Translations under genes and position numbers: made by a program
The notes under the pieces: generated by a model
Told to the model about the DNA's origin: nothing
Database searches by the model: none
The model's input: the letters and a program-made list of their open reading frames with translations, nothing else
Origin: Gemmatimonadaceae bacterium
GTDB taxonomy: Bacteria; Gemmatimonadota; Gemmatimonadetes; Gemmatimonadales; Gemmatimonadaceae
Direction of reading: 5' to 3'
NCBI GenBank assembly: GCA_039915865.1
Contig: JBDSML010000177.1
Coordinates: 3,323 to 67,322, forward strand
Length of the DNA stretch: 64,000 nt
In this document: positions 10,671-19,358 of the stretch, piece by piece
Numbering within the stretch: position 1 is the first letter of the stretch
Layout: each line of letters begins with the position of its first letter

Positions 10671-10765
10671 CCGGACGTCATTGCGCAGCGCCGGCATCAC
10701 GGCGCGCCAATAGTACAAAACCAGCCGCTCCGTTCAAGATTGCCGGCCCTCGAAGGCCTAACCTG

Positions 10766-10793
10766 AGGCCACGTCCATCGACGTGGCCTTTTT
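10766..10793 (+). terminator. Rho-independent terminator downstream of the AraC gene
   Basis: Perfect 10-bp stem aggccacgtc / gacgtggcct with loop catc, followed by tttt. Confidence 0.7.
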
Positions 10794-10825
10794 CGTCATT
10801 CAATCATCATCCTCAAGAGGATCAG

Positions 10826-11281
10826 ATGAGCGCCTTCACCGCCTTCCGGAATATTTTGAGTCGTGCCGCTGCGACGCTGTTCGCCATCGCGTCGGGCACC
10901 CTGTTCACGAGCTGCATGCTCTTCGCCAAGCCGCCGTCGGATCTCGACTACTCGCGTACCCGCACGAGTGAGGCGGGATACTATCGCGCCACGATTCATC
11001 CCCAGGGCGACTCGATTCCCCAGGGCAAGCTGCAGCGCTGGACGCTGCATCTGGAGTCAGCCGCGGGCGCACCAGTCGACAGCGCGACGCTGACGGTCGA
11101 CGGAGGCATGCCGCAGCATGGACACGGCCTGCCGACGAAGCCGCAGGTGACGCGCGTGCTCGGCAACGGTGATCACCTCGTGGAGGGAATGAAGTTCAAC
11201 ATGGGCGGCTGGTGGGTCGTGAAGTTCCGCGTGAATGCCGCCGAGGGACGCGACTCCGTCGTGTTCAACCTGAAGCTCTGA
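10826..11281 (+). CDS. small secreted YtkA/FixH-like protein with His/Met motif
   Basis: Signal/lipobox-like N-terminus (LFAIASGTLFTSC). Motifs DGGMPQHGHGLPTKP and GMKFNMGGWWVVKF. High GC3. It sits 40 nt upstream of the di-haem enzyme gene. Confidence 0.6.
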   Translation: MSAFTAFRNILSRAAATLFAIASGTLFTSCMLFAKPPSDLDYSRTRTSEAGYYRATIHPQGDSIPQGKLQRWTLHLESAAGAPVDSATLTVDGGMPQHGHGLPTKPQVTRVLGNGDHLVEGMKFNMGGWWVVKFRVNAAEGRDSVVFNLKL

Positions 11282-11321
11282 CGGACGACGCAACAGCTCT
11301 CTCCAATCACCGGAACCTCCG

Positions 11322-12641
11322 ATGCCGAGTCGTGTCCCCCTTTCTTCAGTGATCCACGTGCGCGCGAGTGCGCTCGCGACGGTGGTGGTAACTGTGGCGG
11401 TCAGCCTTTTTACCATGACGTCCTACGTCACGGCGGGGTCGGCGCGCAGGGCCACGCGCTGGTCGGCCGCCGAGCAGGCGACGCTGCGTTCGCTGTCGCT
11501 TTCGAGCCTGGAGCCGCTGTCCGCCGATCCATCGAATCGCTACGGGGACGACACCGCTGCGGCATCGCTGGGCCGCGCACTTTTCTTCGACCCGCGTCTG
11601 AGTGGGAACGGCAAGGTCTCCTGCGCGTCCTGTCATGCACCCGCGCTGGACTTCCAGGACGGCAAGCCTCTCGCGAGCGGCATGGGGACGACGGCACGGC
11701 GCAGCATGCCGATCGCCGGTACGGCGCGCAGTCCGTGGCTCTTCTGGGACGGACGCGCCGACAGCCAGTGGGCGCAGGCACTCGGCCCACTGGAGAGCGC
11801 CGTCGAACACGGCGGCAGCCGGACACAATACGCGCACGTCATCGCAGACCACTACCGGGCTGACTATCAGTCGGTCTTCGGGAGCTTGCCCGACCTCACC
11901 GGACTACCTGAGCGCGCGGGCCCCGTCGCTGACAGCTCGGCGAACAAGGCATGGCAGCAGATGAACGCCGTCCGCCGCGACGAGATCACTCGTGTCTACG
12001 CGAACATCGGCAAGGCGATCGCGGCCTACGAGCGGCCGATCACTGCATCTCCCTCGCGCTTCGACCGCTACGTCGATGCTGAAGTGGGCGGCAAGTCTCA
12101 TACAGCCGAGAGTGGATTCTCGAGCGATGAAGAGGCCGGCCTGACGCTGTTCATCGGCAGGGGCAATTGCGTGAATTGCCACAACGGCCCGCTGCTGACG
12201 GACAATCACTTCCACAACACCGGCGTGCCCGCCTCACCAATGACCGCGGCGGTGGACAGTGGCCGAGTGATGGGCGTTCGACAGGCACTGGCAGGAGAGT
12301 TCAACTGCACCAGCCGCTACAGCGATGCAAAATCGGATGAGTGCGACGAGCTGCGCTTCGCTGTGGCGAGCGGAGCGGAACTGGTGAGGGCCTACAAAGC
12401 GCCGTCGCTGCGCAACGTGATGAGTCGGTCCCCGTACATGCACGCCGGACAGCTCGCGACGATCGACGCAGTCCTCGAGCACTACGGCAACGCTCCTGCC
12501 GCGCCATTCGGACACAGTGAGCTGAAGCCACTGCACCTGACCTCTAAAGAGCGTGAGGAAATCAAAGCCTTCCTTCGCACGCTGAGCTCCCCAATCGCAG
12601 CGCCCGCTGGATACCTGACACCGCCATCGGCGCGCCCGTAG
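11322..12641 (+). CDS. di-haem cytochrome c peroxidase / MauG-family enzyme, N-terminally membrane-anchored
   Basis: Two CxxCH haem motifs (VSCASCHAPALDFQDG and CVNCHNGPLLTDNHFHNTG). Also APSLRNV and the conserved LFFDPRLSGNG. Confidence 0.9.
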   Translation: MPSRVPLSSVIHVRASALATVVVTVAVSLFTMTSYVTAGSARRATRWSAAEQATLRSLSLSSLEPLSADPSNRYGDDTAAASLGRALFFDPRLSGNGKVSCASCHAPALDFQDGKPLASGMGTTARRSMPIAGTARSPWLFWDGRADSQWAQALGPLESAVEHGGSRTQYAHVIADHYRADYQSVFGSLPDLTGLPERAGPVADSSANKAWQQMNAVRRDEITRVYANIGKAIAAYERPITASPSRFDRYVDAEVGGKSHTAESGFSSDEEAGLTLFIGRGNCVNCHNGPLLTDNHFHNTGVPASPMTAAVDSGRVMGVRQALAGEFNCTSRYSDAKSDECDELRFAVASGAELVRAYKAPSLRNVMSRSPYMHAGQLATIDAVLEHYGNAPAAPFGHSELKPLHLTSKEREEIKAFLRTLSSPIAAPAGYLTPPSARP

Positions 12642-12690
12642 CTGTCCACGCTCGTTCCTTCTGTTTCGTCCACAGCTGGTCGGAGAAACC

Positions 12691-13347
12691 ATGTCCTTCG
12701 CCGCACGTCATCGCGACGACCCAATGCCCGTATTACCCGAGCTTCCATTCCTTTCGACTTCCAGAGTAGTCGACGTCGAGCAGATGTCGCTGCTGCAGGG
12801 AAGGGGAGGGGACGAGATCGCCCGCCGGTTCGACGCGGGTCATCGCGCCTACGTGGCGCGACTGAATGGTGCACCAGCCGGTTGGGGGTGGGTCGCCACT
12901 CGCACGGCGAGCATCGGAGAGCTCGGTGCCAGCTTCACCATGCCCGAAGGTGAGCGGTATCTCTGGAACTTCGTGACCCTTCCGTCGCACCGCGGACTGG
13001 GCGTGTACCCGCGCCTTCTTCAGGCCATCGTGCGTGCCGAATCGATAGAGGCGGAGCGATTCTGGATCGCGTACGCACCGGAGAACCACGCGTCCGGATC
13101 CGGTATCACGAAGGCGGGATTCGTCGCGCTGGCAGAGATGTCGTTCGATGCCGAGGGACGTCCGGCACTGCGTGCGCTCGAACCGGGAGGCGCGACGCTC
13201 GCGTCGCGAATGCTCGGCCTCCCTGTAACCACTGAAGCGCTCATCCCGTGCTGGCGCTGCGTGCGCGCTGGAAGAAGCCAGATGACCTGCGCCCCTGAGA
13301 CATGCCGGTGCGACTACCAGCGACCGCAGAGCGCGTGCGCGACATGA
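12691..13347 (+). CDS. GNAT-family N-acetyltransferase with Cys-rich C-terminal tail
   Basis: WNFVTLPSHRGLGVYPRLLQAIV (acetyl-CoA-binding Q/RxxGxG/A-type motif). The tail is CWRCVRAGRSQMTCAPETCRCDYQRPQSAC. Confidence 0.7.
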   Translation: MSFAARHRDDPMPVLPELPFLSTSRVVDVEQMSLLQGRGGDEIARRFDAGHRAYVARLNGAPAGWGWVATRTASIGELGASFTMPEGERYLWNFVTLPSHRGLGVYPRLLQAIVRAESIEAERFWIAYAPENHASGSGITKAGFVALAEMSFDAEGRPALRALEPGGATLASRMLGLPVTTEALIPCWRCVRAGRSQMTCAPETCRCDYQRPQSACAT

Positions 13348-13397
13348 GTCGTTCTTACCCGATTCCTCTCTCCATTCAACTTCAGACGGAGCCCACC

Positions 13398-14135
13398 ATG
13401 TTCACATCATCACTACAGCGCGCGGTGCAGATCGCGCTTCTCACCGCCTCCACGGCAGCCGCGCAGACGTCCACCTCTGCAGCGCACGTGTCGAGCGACA
13501 GCTCCGAATGGATGCGCCGCAGCACCGTCAGCATCTCGTTCATTCAGAGTCGACCGCAGGGCGTCTTCGCACAGAACGTCGGTATCGGCTACGGCATTGA
13601 CGGCGCGTACCTGTTCCGACTCGACGCGGCTGGTATCTGGAGCCTCCGCGCAAACATTGGCGTGATCAGCTACGGCGACGAATCGCGCCGTACGGCTATC
13701 AGTGGAGCGGTAGGCGGCAGGGTCAATGTCGACGTAAAGACGTCGAACTACCTCATCCCCGTGAGTGTCGGTCCGCAGCTCGCCTTCCCGACCGGCCCGG
13801 TCCGCCCATACGTGAACGCGGCACTCGGTGGGCTCGGATTCATCACGGAGAGTCACGTGCAGGGCACCCATGATCTCACCTCGATCGGCAGCACGACCAA
13901 TCACTCCTCGTTCGTCGGCTCCTGGGTATTGGGCGGTGGGGTCTACGTGCCGCTATCGGTGAGAGCGCGGGAGGTCCAGCTCGATCTGGGCGTGCAGTAT
14001 TTCAATGGTGGCAACACTCGCTATCTCGCGAAGGGAAGTATCGTGGACCTGCCGGGGGCCCAGATCGCCGTGACGCCGCTCGAGAGCGTGACGCACACGG
14101 CCGTCATGCGCATCGGTGTACGGGTGCAGCCATGA
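13398..14135 (+). CDS. outer-membrane beta-barrel protein (OmpW/opacity-porin-like)
   Basis: ORF 13302..14135, trimmed to MFTSSLQRAVQIALLTASTAAAQT (signal peptide). Alternating hydrophobic beta-strand pattern with Gly/aromatic-rich strands. Confidence 0.65.
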   Translation: MFTSSLQRAVQIALLTASTAAAQTSTSAAHVSSDSSEWMRRSTVSISFIQSRPQGVFAQNVGIGYGIDGAYLFRLDAAGIWSLRANIGVISYGDESRRTAISGAVGGRVNVDVKTSNYLIPVSVGPQLAFPTGPVRPYVNAALGGLGFITESHVQGTHDLTSIGSTTNHSSFVGSWVLGGGVYVPLSVRAREVQLDLGVQYFNGGNTRYLAKGSIVDLPGAQIAVTPLESVTHTAVMRIGVRVQP

Positions 14136-14706
14136 TACGCCGTCTTCGCATCGTGGGGCGGCATCATCTCCGCACTGGATCAACCGCCCCGGTTGGAGGC
14201 GCGCTCCGACCACGATACAAGGAGTCGCCTCGATGGCCACGTACGCGCGCCAGTCGCGAACGCAGGCCTGATCAGCGCGAAGGATGAGCGTCGTTCGATA
14301 GATGCTGCCATCCCGGTTGACGGACGACGTATTCGTCCACTGGCCGACGAGCAGCGCGATCTGCGGCGAGACGGGGGAGTCGTGACACCGGCAGAGGCTG
14401 CGTTCTGCCTGTTGATGTCGCGTTCTGACGAACGGGGTTGGACCGCCTTCGCTGCGTGCTCGGAGCAAGTTCCATGTCTGCATGCTCCTCCAGCAGGGCG
14501 CCGAACAAACGACACGCCGCGTTCCGTCCGGATTGTTCCTTGTTTCGCGTTCCGATGATGAAGGTCGCTGCCACAACGTGCGCGTCAGATGGCTGAGCGG
14601 GCAGCGATCACCAACGCGGGAAGCGAGCATGTCTGCTGGACGCAGTACATCGATCGATGGTGGCCGTCGTCACTGTCTCCCTGGGAACGCGAGCTTCGTT
14701 GCGGGG

Positions 14707-15789
14707 ATGATGGCTCCCAGCGCTGCAGCCTCGCGTGCGCGAGAGGCTGTCTGGGCTCCGTCTCACGCGACCGTCGGCATGGTCGCCACTGAAGCAGAGG
14801 CACGGGAGGTCTTCCGGCTTCGCCATCGCGTCTTCGTCCACGAACAGGGTCGGCGAGGCGAGGGCATTGATCCAGAACGGGGCGAGCTTCGGAGCAAGCT
14901 CGACGCATTCTCACATCTCTGGCACGCTCGAGATGGAAAGACCGTTGTCGGCACCGTTACGCAGACGATGATCTGCCCGCACTTCGACGTCGCGCTGCTA
15001 CCCACTGGCCTGGAGCTCGAACCCTTTCGCGCCGAGGCAGGTCTCGTGGGATACAGCAGCCGCTTCGCCATCGAGCCAGGGCATCGCGGCAAGTGGGTCC
15101 TGGCGAGTCTCGCGCGGCACACCTACGCCCACGGGCGCAGGCTCGGCGCGAAGTTCGACTTCATGACGGCCAACCCGGCCCTCGTTCCATTGTACGAACG
15201 GTTGGGTTACGTCCGCTATACCGCATCGGGTATTCAGGTGACAGGCATCGGGCTGCTCATCCCGATGGTCCTTTCTGCGACCGATCTGGCGTATCTGCGC
15301 ACCGTGCGCTCAGCGTGCCTGCCCGCGGCCGAGCACTTTGCGGCGGAGCCGGAATGGGGTGAGTGGCTGCGCGCTGCGCATCCCATCATCGGTCGCTACT
15401 ACCACGCCGACCTTCGGCCCGAGCGTCATGTCGCGCACCTCGAGCGACGGTTTGGCCTGCCGGTGCGTCTCGCCGAGGAACTGGGTGCCATGAGTTTCGT
15501 GCACCAGTTTCCCGCCGGTACGACGCTCCTTCGGGAGGGAGATCGGGTGAGTTGTGTCTTCATCGCACTGCAGGGAACCCTCGGCGCCGGCCGCGCTCGC
15601 GATGTTGATGCCGACGAACGTACGCCGCGTCGTGCGGGCGACGGCGTGGCGTTCGCCCGCGACGCCGTGCGGTGCGCGACGGACGCCGTGGTGCTCTGCC
15701 TACCGATGATGGCGGTCACGCGACTACAGCGCCGTTACCCCGAGTACTCGGGCCGGCTCGAAGAGCTCGTGGGCTCGAGCGCCTCGTGA
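14707..15789 (+). CDS. FeeM/autoinducer-synthase-like GNAT N-acyltransferase fused to a C-terminal cyclic-nucleotide-binding domain
   Basis: N-terminal half: EAREVFRLRHRVFVHEQG...DAFSHLWHARDGKTVVGTV...SSRFAIEPGHRGKWV...LYERLGY (N-acyl amino acid synthase-like). C-terminal half: FVHQFPAGTTLLREGDRVSCVFIALQG...GDGVAFARDAVRCATDAVVLCLP (cNMP-binding-like). The start is uncertain (14629, 14707 or 14779 in ORF 14482..15789). Confidence 0.65.
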   Translation: MMAPSAAASRAREAVWAPSHATVGMVATEAEAREVFRLRHRVFVHEQGRRGEGIDPERGELRSKLDAFSHLWHARDGKTVVGTVTQTMICPHFDVALLPTGLELEPFRAEAGLVGYSSRFAIEPGHRGKWVLASLARHTYAHGRRLGAKFDFMTANPALVPLYERLGYVRYTASGIQVTGIGLLIPMVLSATDLAYLRTVRSACLPAAEHFAAEPEWGEWLRAAHPIIGRYYHADLRPERHVAHLERRFGLPVRLAEELGAMSFVHQFPAGTTLLREGDRVSCVFIALQGTLGAGRARDVDADERTPRRAGDGVAFARDAVRCATDAVVLCLPMMAVTRLQRRYPEYSGRLEELVGSSAS

Positions 15790-15838
15790 GTCATCGCCCG
15801 TTCGACTGCCGTCCCGTGGACGGACGCTGACAGCGACG

Positions 15839-16180
15839 TCATGAGGCTCGCGGCCAGTACATGATGATGCCGACACCGATCAGGCAGACGCCCGCTCCCA
15901 CGACAGACGCACCATCCGGGCGGTGCCCGTCGACCCACCAGCCCCATAACAGCGACAGCACCACGAACACACCGCCATACGCCGCGTACACTCGGCCGAA
16001 GTCCACGTCAGCCGGTTGGAATGTCGGCAGCACGCCATAGACGAAGAGGATCAATCCTCCAATCGCACCGAGTGCGACCCCTCGACCGTTGCGCAACCAG
16101 AGCCAGACAAGGTATCCACCGCCGATCTCGCAGAGGCCAGCGGCGAGAAAGAGCAGCAGGGACAGCGTGACGCGGCTCAT
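15839..16180 (-). CDS. ynfA: YnfA-family (UPF0060) small membrane protein
   Basis: 113 aa and 4 TM helices. [15 protein letters not shown] and [11 protein letters not shown] are characteristic of the family. Confidence 0.85.
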   Translation of the reverse strand: MSRVTLSLLLFLAAGLCEIGGGYLVWLWLRNGRGVALGAIGGLILFVYGVLPTFQPADVDFGRVYAAYGGVFVVLSLLWGWWVDGHRPDGASVVGAGVCLIGVGIIMYWPRAS

Positions 16181-17121
16181 GCGTGGTCGTGTCGTTCGAG
16201 ACCCTCACGATCCCAATGTCCGAATTCCGCAACCGCCGAGTACGTGCTCTCACAGAATGCCATGAGTGCCGCGTCAGGATCTGCCGCGCGCCGCACTGCG
16301 TCGTACGGGAGAATCCACTCGCGCATACCGGTGTGATAGTACGCCTCCGCTGGCTCGACCGGCGCAGTCGAGCATTCGGGGGGCTCGGGATAGCCATAGG
16401 CATAAAAGGCCGGCTCCTCCAGGCCACCGACATTGCCCGGCCACCACCCGACACTCATGCACTCATGCGAATACGCCTCGCGCGTGACGTAGTCCGGACA
16501 GTTCGGGACGCCACCGGGGTGCGGCGGCGCGCGCCTCCCCGAGAAGCGCGTGCACGACAGATCGAAGGCGCCCCACCAGAAGTGCGACGGACTCGATTTC
16601 CCGACGAACTTTCCGCGGAAGGCTTTGAGCACGCGGTCGGTCTCGGCGAGCACGCGCCAGCAGCGGTGCGCCGCATCGGCATCGTACGATGCATGGATGG
16701 TGTCCTCGTCGAAGCGGAGGGTGTCCGCCATTTCCATCGGCACCGGCCAGACGTGCGCGTCGATGTCGAGTGAGGCGAGCGTCGCACGGTACTCGCAATG
16801 AAAGTCGGCGACGGAACGCGGCAGCAACGGCATCGTTCGCGTCGCGCCCTCACTCGACTTCACGACGAGCAGATGATCGATGAAATCGAATTCGACGTCG
16901 AAGCTGCGCGCGCTCTCCGGCATGGGCGACGTGCCGATCCCGCGCGCGGTGAGGTAGAGCGTGGTCTGCCACCAGTGGTTCTGCATCGGCGCGAAGTGCA
17001 GCCTCGTCTTGCCGACGATCTGCGTCCACCGGTGCAGGGTCTCGTAGGTGGTTGCCCAATCGGCGAGGGGCAGGGCAGGCCACGTCACGCGGCCGCTCGC
17101 TGCGGCCGGTGCGCGTGCCAC
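16177..17121 (-). CDS. DUF5996-family protein
   Basis: [28 protein letters not shown] and [13 protein letters not shown] match my memory of DUF5996. Its stop overlaps the ynfA start by 4 nt. Confidence 0.7.
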   Translation of the reverse strand: MARAPAAASGRVTWPALPLADWATTYETLHRWTQIVGKTRLHFAPMQNHWWQTTLYLTARGIGTSPMPESARSFDVEFDFIDHLLVVKSSEGATRTMPLLPRSVADFHCEYRATLASLDIDAHVWPVPMEMADTLRFDEDTIHASYDADAAHRCWRVLAETDRVLKAFRGKFVGKSSPSHFWWGAFDLSCTRFSGRRAPPHPGGVPNCPDYVTREAYSHECMSVGWWPGNVGGLEEPAFYAYGYPEPPECSTAPVEPAEAYYHTGMREWILPYDAVRRAADPDAALMAFCESTYSAVAEFGHWDREGLERHDHA

Positions 17122-17249
17122 GGATCGCCGTCAGCCCACGTGACGCCGGTGACGACGCGGTTGGACTCGATGGTGCGCAGCGTCGCCCGATGCTCGCCAG
17201 GCATCGGGACGACGGTAGCGCGACTATGCCGATGCGCCGGCATCGCCGC

Positions 17250-17732
17250 TCATTGTGTCGGCGACGCGAGATTGCCACACGCGATGATGGTTCCCATGTT
17301 CGATTGCGCCGCATGAACGTTGACGTAGTAGTCTCCGCTGCGGGGCAGCGGGATCGAGAGCATGGCCTTGGCCGCGGACTTGCCGTCGCCGTCAACCTTC
17401 AGCAGCTCATACGCCGCAGGGTCTCCGACGACCCCGCCGTTGCCCCCGCAGCGCCCGTAATGCACATGCCAGGGATGGACGCCGCCCGGCGTGGCATTGG
17501 TCAGCAAGATATCGGCGCGTGACGTACTAGTGCCGTCGTTCGACCACGACGACGTACCGTGGATCTGCATGGCGCCCGCGAGCTGGGACGGTGTGGCGAG
17601 CGTGGCGTTCCACCGAGTGCGCACCACGGAGTAATCCGCATTCATCTCAGGCCCGGACTTCCGACCCAGCATACTGCATCCCGTACCCACAACGAGTGCG
17701 GTGAACAACAGGACGTTCAGCGATTTGCGCAT
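17250..17732 (-). CDS. lipoprotein with Cu/Zn-SOD-like (or CHRD-like) motifs
   Basis: ORF 17250..17744, trimmed to MRKSLNVLLFTALVVGTGC (lipobox). GGVHPWHVHYGRCG and YYVNVHAAQSNMGTIIACGNL resemble SodC-type HxH...C and the C-terminal ACG motifs. Confidence 0.5.
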   Translation of the reverse strand: MRKSLNVLLFTALVVGTGCSMLGRKSGPEMNADYSVVRTRWNATLATPSQLAGAMQIHGTSSWSNDGTSTSRADILLTNATPGGVHPWHVHYGRCGGNGGVVGDPAAYELLKVDGDGKSAAKAMLSIPLPRSGDYYVNVHAAQSNMGTIIACGNLASPTQ

Positions 17733-17931
17733 GGTGCCTCTCAATGGTGTTGGCGATACGATGACTGCTCTTCCGTCCGGTACTCCACTGCGAGAGTCAC
17801 GCCGTCGTGGTTGAACACGGTGTCGGCGGCTTCAACCGTCGATGGACGAGCCGGGCGGGGGCGGGCGAGTGCAGTAGATTAGGCGTACTCCTCCACTGTA
17901 CGAGGGTTCACCGTTTGCTCACGAGGCGGGC

Positions 17932-18819
17932 ATGCGCTTCCTGGTGTTGAAGAACATTCTTGTCGCGACCGATCTCGAGGATCCCGCCTATCCGGCGATC
18001 CTCACGGCCGCGCAACTGGCCAATGCCGCCGGTGCGTCACTGCACGTCGCGTGTGTCATGACCGCCCCCGGCAGCGACCGTGACCACGCCGTTCAGTCGC
18101 GAGCGAGAGTGGAGCTCTCAGCGATTCTCGCTCGTGCTGGCGCAACTGTCAACGATGTCACCCTCCACCTGCTCTCTGGCGACCCGGCGTTCGCCATCCG
18201 TTCACTGGGCGATCGCGTGCGCGCCGACGTCGTCGTGCTGGGCCCGCACCGCAAGCGGGCGTCCCCATCGCGCTCATTCGGGGGAACGGCACTCGCCGTC
18301 GTCACGAATGCGTGGAGCCCATGCCTCGTCGTGTCGACGCCGCTCCGGCTGCCGTTGAGCCATGTGCTCGTGCCCATCGATTTGTCGGACACGGCACGTG
18401 GCGCACTCTTCGTCGGGCTGTCGTGGGCATCCGCCCTGCGCGGTGCGACGCTGCAGACGGACGAAGGCGTCGATGCGAGACTGACAGCGCTGCACGTACA
18501 GGCGACATCGTCCGCAACGCCGCCTCCGTTCATGGACAAGGAGCTTGCGATCATCCGTGAATCCGGCGGAACATGGTCCGGCATTTCGATCCACAGCGAA
18601 ACGATCTCGAACGCGAACGTCACCGAGGGGATTGCCTCCTTTGTCACTCGCGAGCAGCCGGACCTCGTCGTGCTCGGGACGCGAGGTCTCGGCCTCGATC
18701 GTGTGGGCAGGCTAGGCTCCGTTGCCGCATCCGTCACGCAGTCGATCGACGTACCGACGCTCCTCGTGCCGCCGGCGCTCTGGATGGCGTATGCCAGCGG
18801 GTCCCGCGCGGATCCATAG
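17932..18819 (+). CDS. tandem-domain universal stress protein (UspA family)
   Basis: NILVATDLEDPAYPAILTAAQLA, VVVLGPHRK, LVVLGTRGLGLDRVGRLGSVAASV. Confidence 0.85.
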   Translation: MRFLVLKNILVATDLEDPAYPAILTAAQLANAAGASLHVACVMTAPGSDRDHAVQSRARVELSAILARAGATVNDVTLHLLSGDPAFAIRSLGDRVRADVVVLGPHRKRASPSRSFGGTALAVVTNAWSPCLVVSTPLRLPLSHVLVPIDLSDTARGALFVGLSWASALRGATLQTDEGVDARLTALHVQATSSATPPPFMDKELAIIRESGGTWSGISIHSETISNANVTEGIASFVTREQPDLVVLGTRGLGLDRVGRLGSVAASVTQSIDVPTLLVPPALWMAYASGSRADP

Positions 18820-18825
18820 GATTGG

Positions 18826-19227
18826 TCAGCGCAAGTCAGGACGGTACGCAGCAAATGGCGCGAGGCCGAGTCGTAACTGCATGCTGTAGGCGATCCGGTG
18901 TGCGAGCGCCTTCATGCGCTCTGCGTTTTGACCCGCGTGGGCTTCATCAATCGTTGCCTCCATCGTCGCCAACCACCGGGCAAAGTGATCGGCAGTGAGG
19001 CCCGGCATCTCGAGATGCGGCCGGAACGCATTGCCGCCGTATCGCCCGCTCTGGAAGACGATCGTGGACCAGAAGTCGACGATGCGTGGCATATGCGCCG
19101 CCATGTCCACACTGGCGAAGTAGCTGGCGAGCAGAGGATCCTCGGCAACGTCCTCGTAGAACGATACGAGCACGCCGAGAAGATCCTCCTCGCGGAGATC
19201 GGGACGGGTGTGCGCCAGCGGTGTCAT
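18826..19227 (-). CDS. truncated haemoglobin (group II/III type)
   Basis: Only the C-terminal 133 codons of ORF 18826..20187 look real: FYEDVAEDPLLASYF, IVDFWSTIVFQSGRYGGNAFRPHLEMPGLTADHFARWL. The upstream part is antisense to the VOC gene. Confidence 0.75.
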   Translation of the reverse strand: MTPLAHTRPDLREEDLLGVLVSFYEDVAEDPLLASYFASVDMAAHMPRIVDFWSTIVFQSGRYGGNAFRPHLEMPGLTADHFARWLATMEATIDEAHAGQNAERMKALAHRIAYSMQLRLGLAPFAAYRPDLR

Positions 19228-19294
19228 TGATCGTGGTCGTTCATGAGAACCAGCGACTGGGCCGCCAGGTTCCCCTGAGGACGCGGCGAATGCT

Positions 19295-19347
19295 GTCATC
19301 CTCACCGTAGCGAAGGACCTGCACTTTCGCCAAGTGCAGGTCTTTCG
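19295..19347. repeat. REP-like GC-rich hairpin module (gtcatcc...gaaggac family)
   Basis: gtcatcctcaccgtagcgaaggac, followed by the hairpin cgaaggacctgcac / gtgcaggtctttcg (one mismatch, 9-nt loop). It lies between the VOC and haemoglobin genes. It is related to the modules at 39491-39515 and 43913-43938. Confidence 0.5.
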
Positions 19348-19358
19348 CTGGGCTTGCT

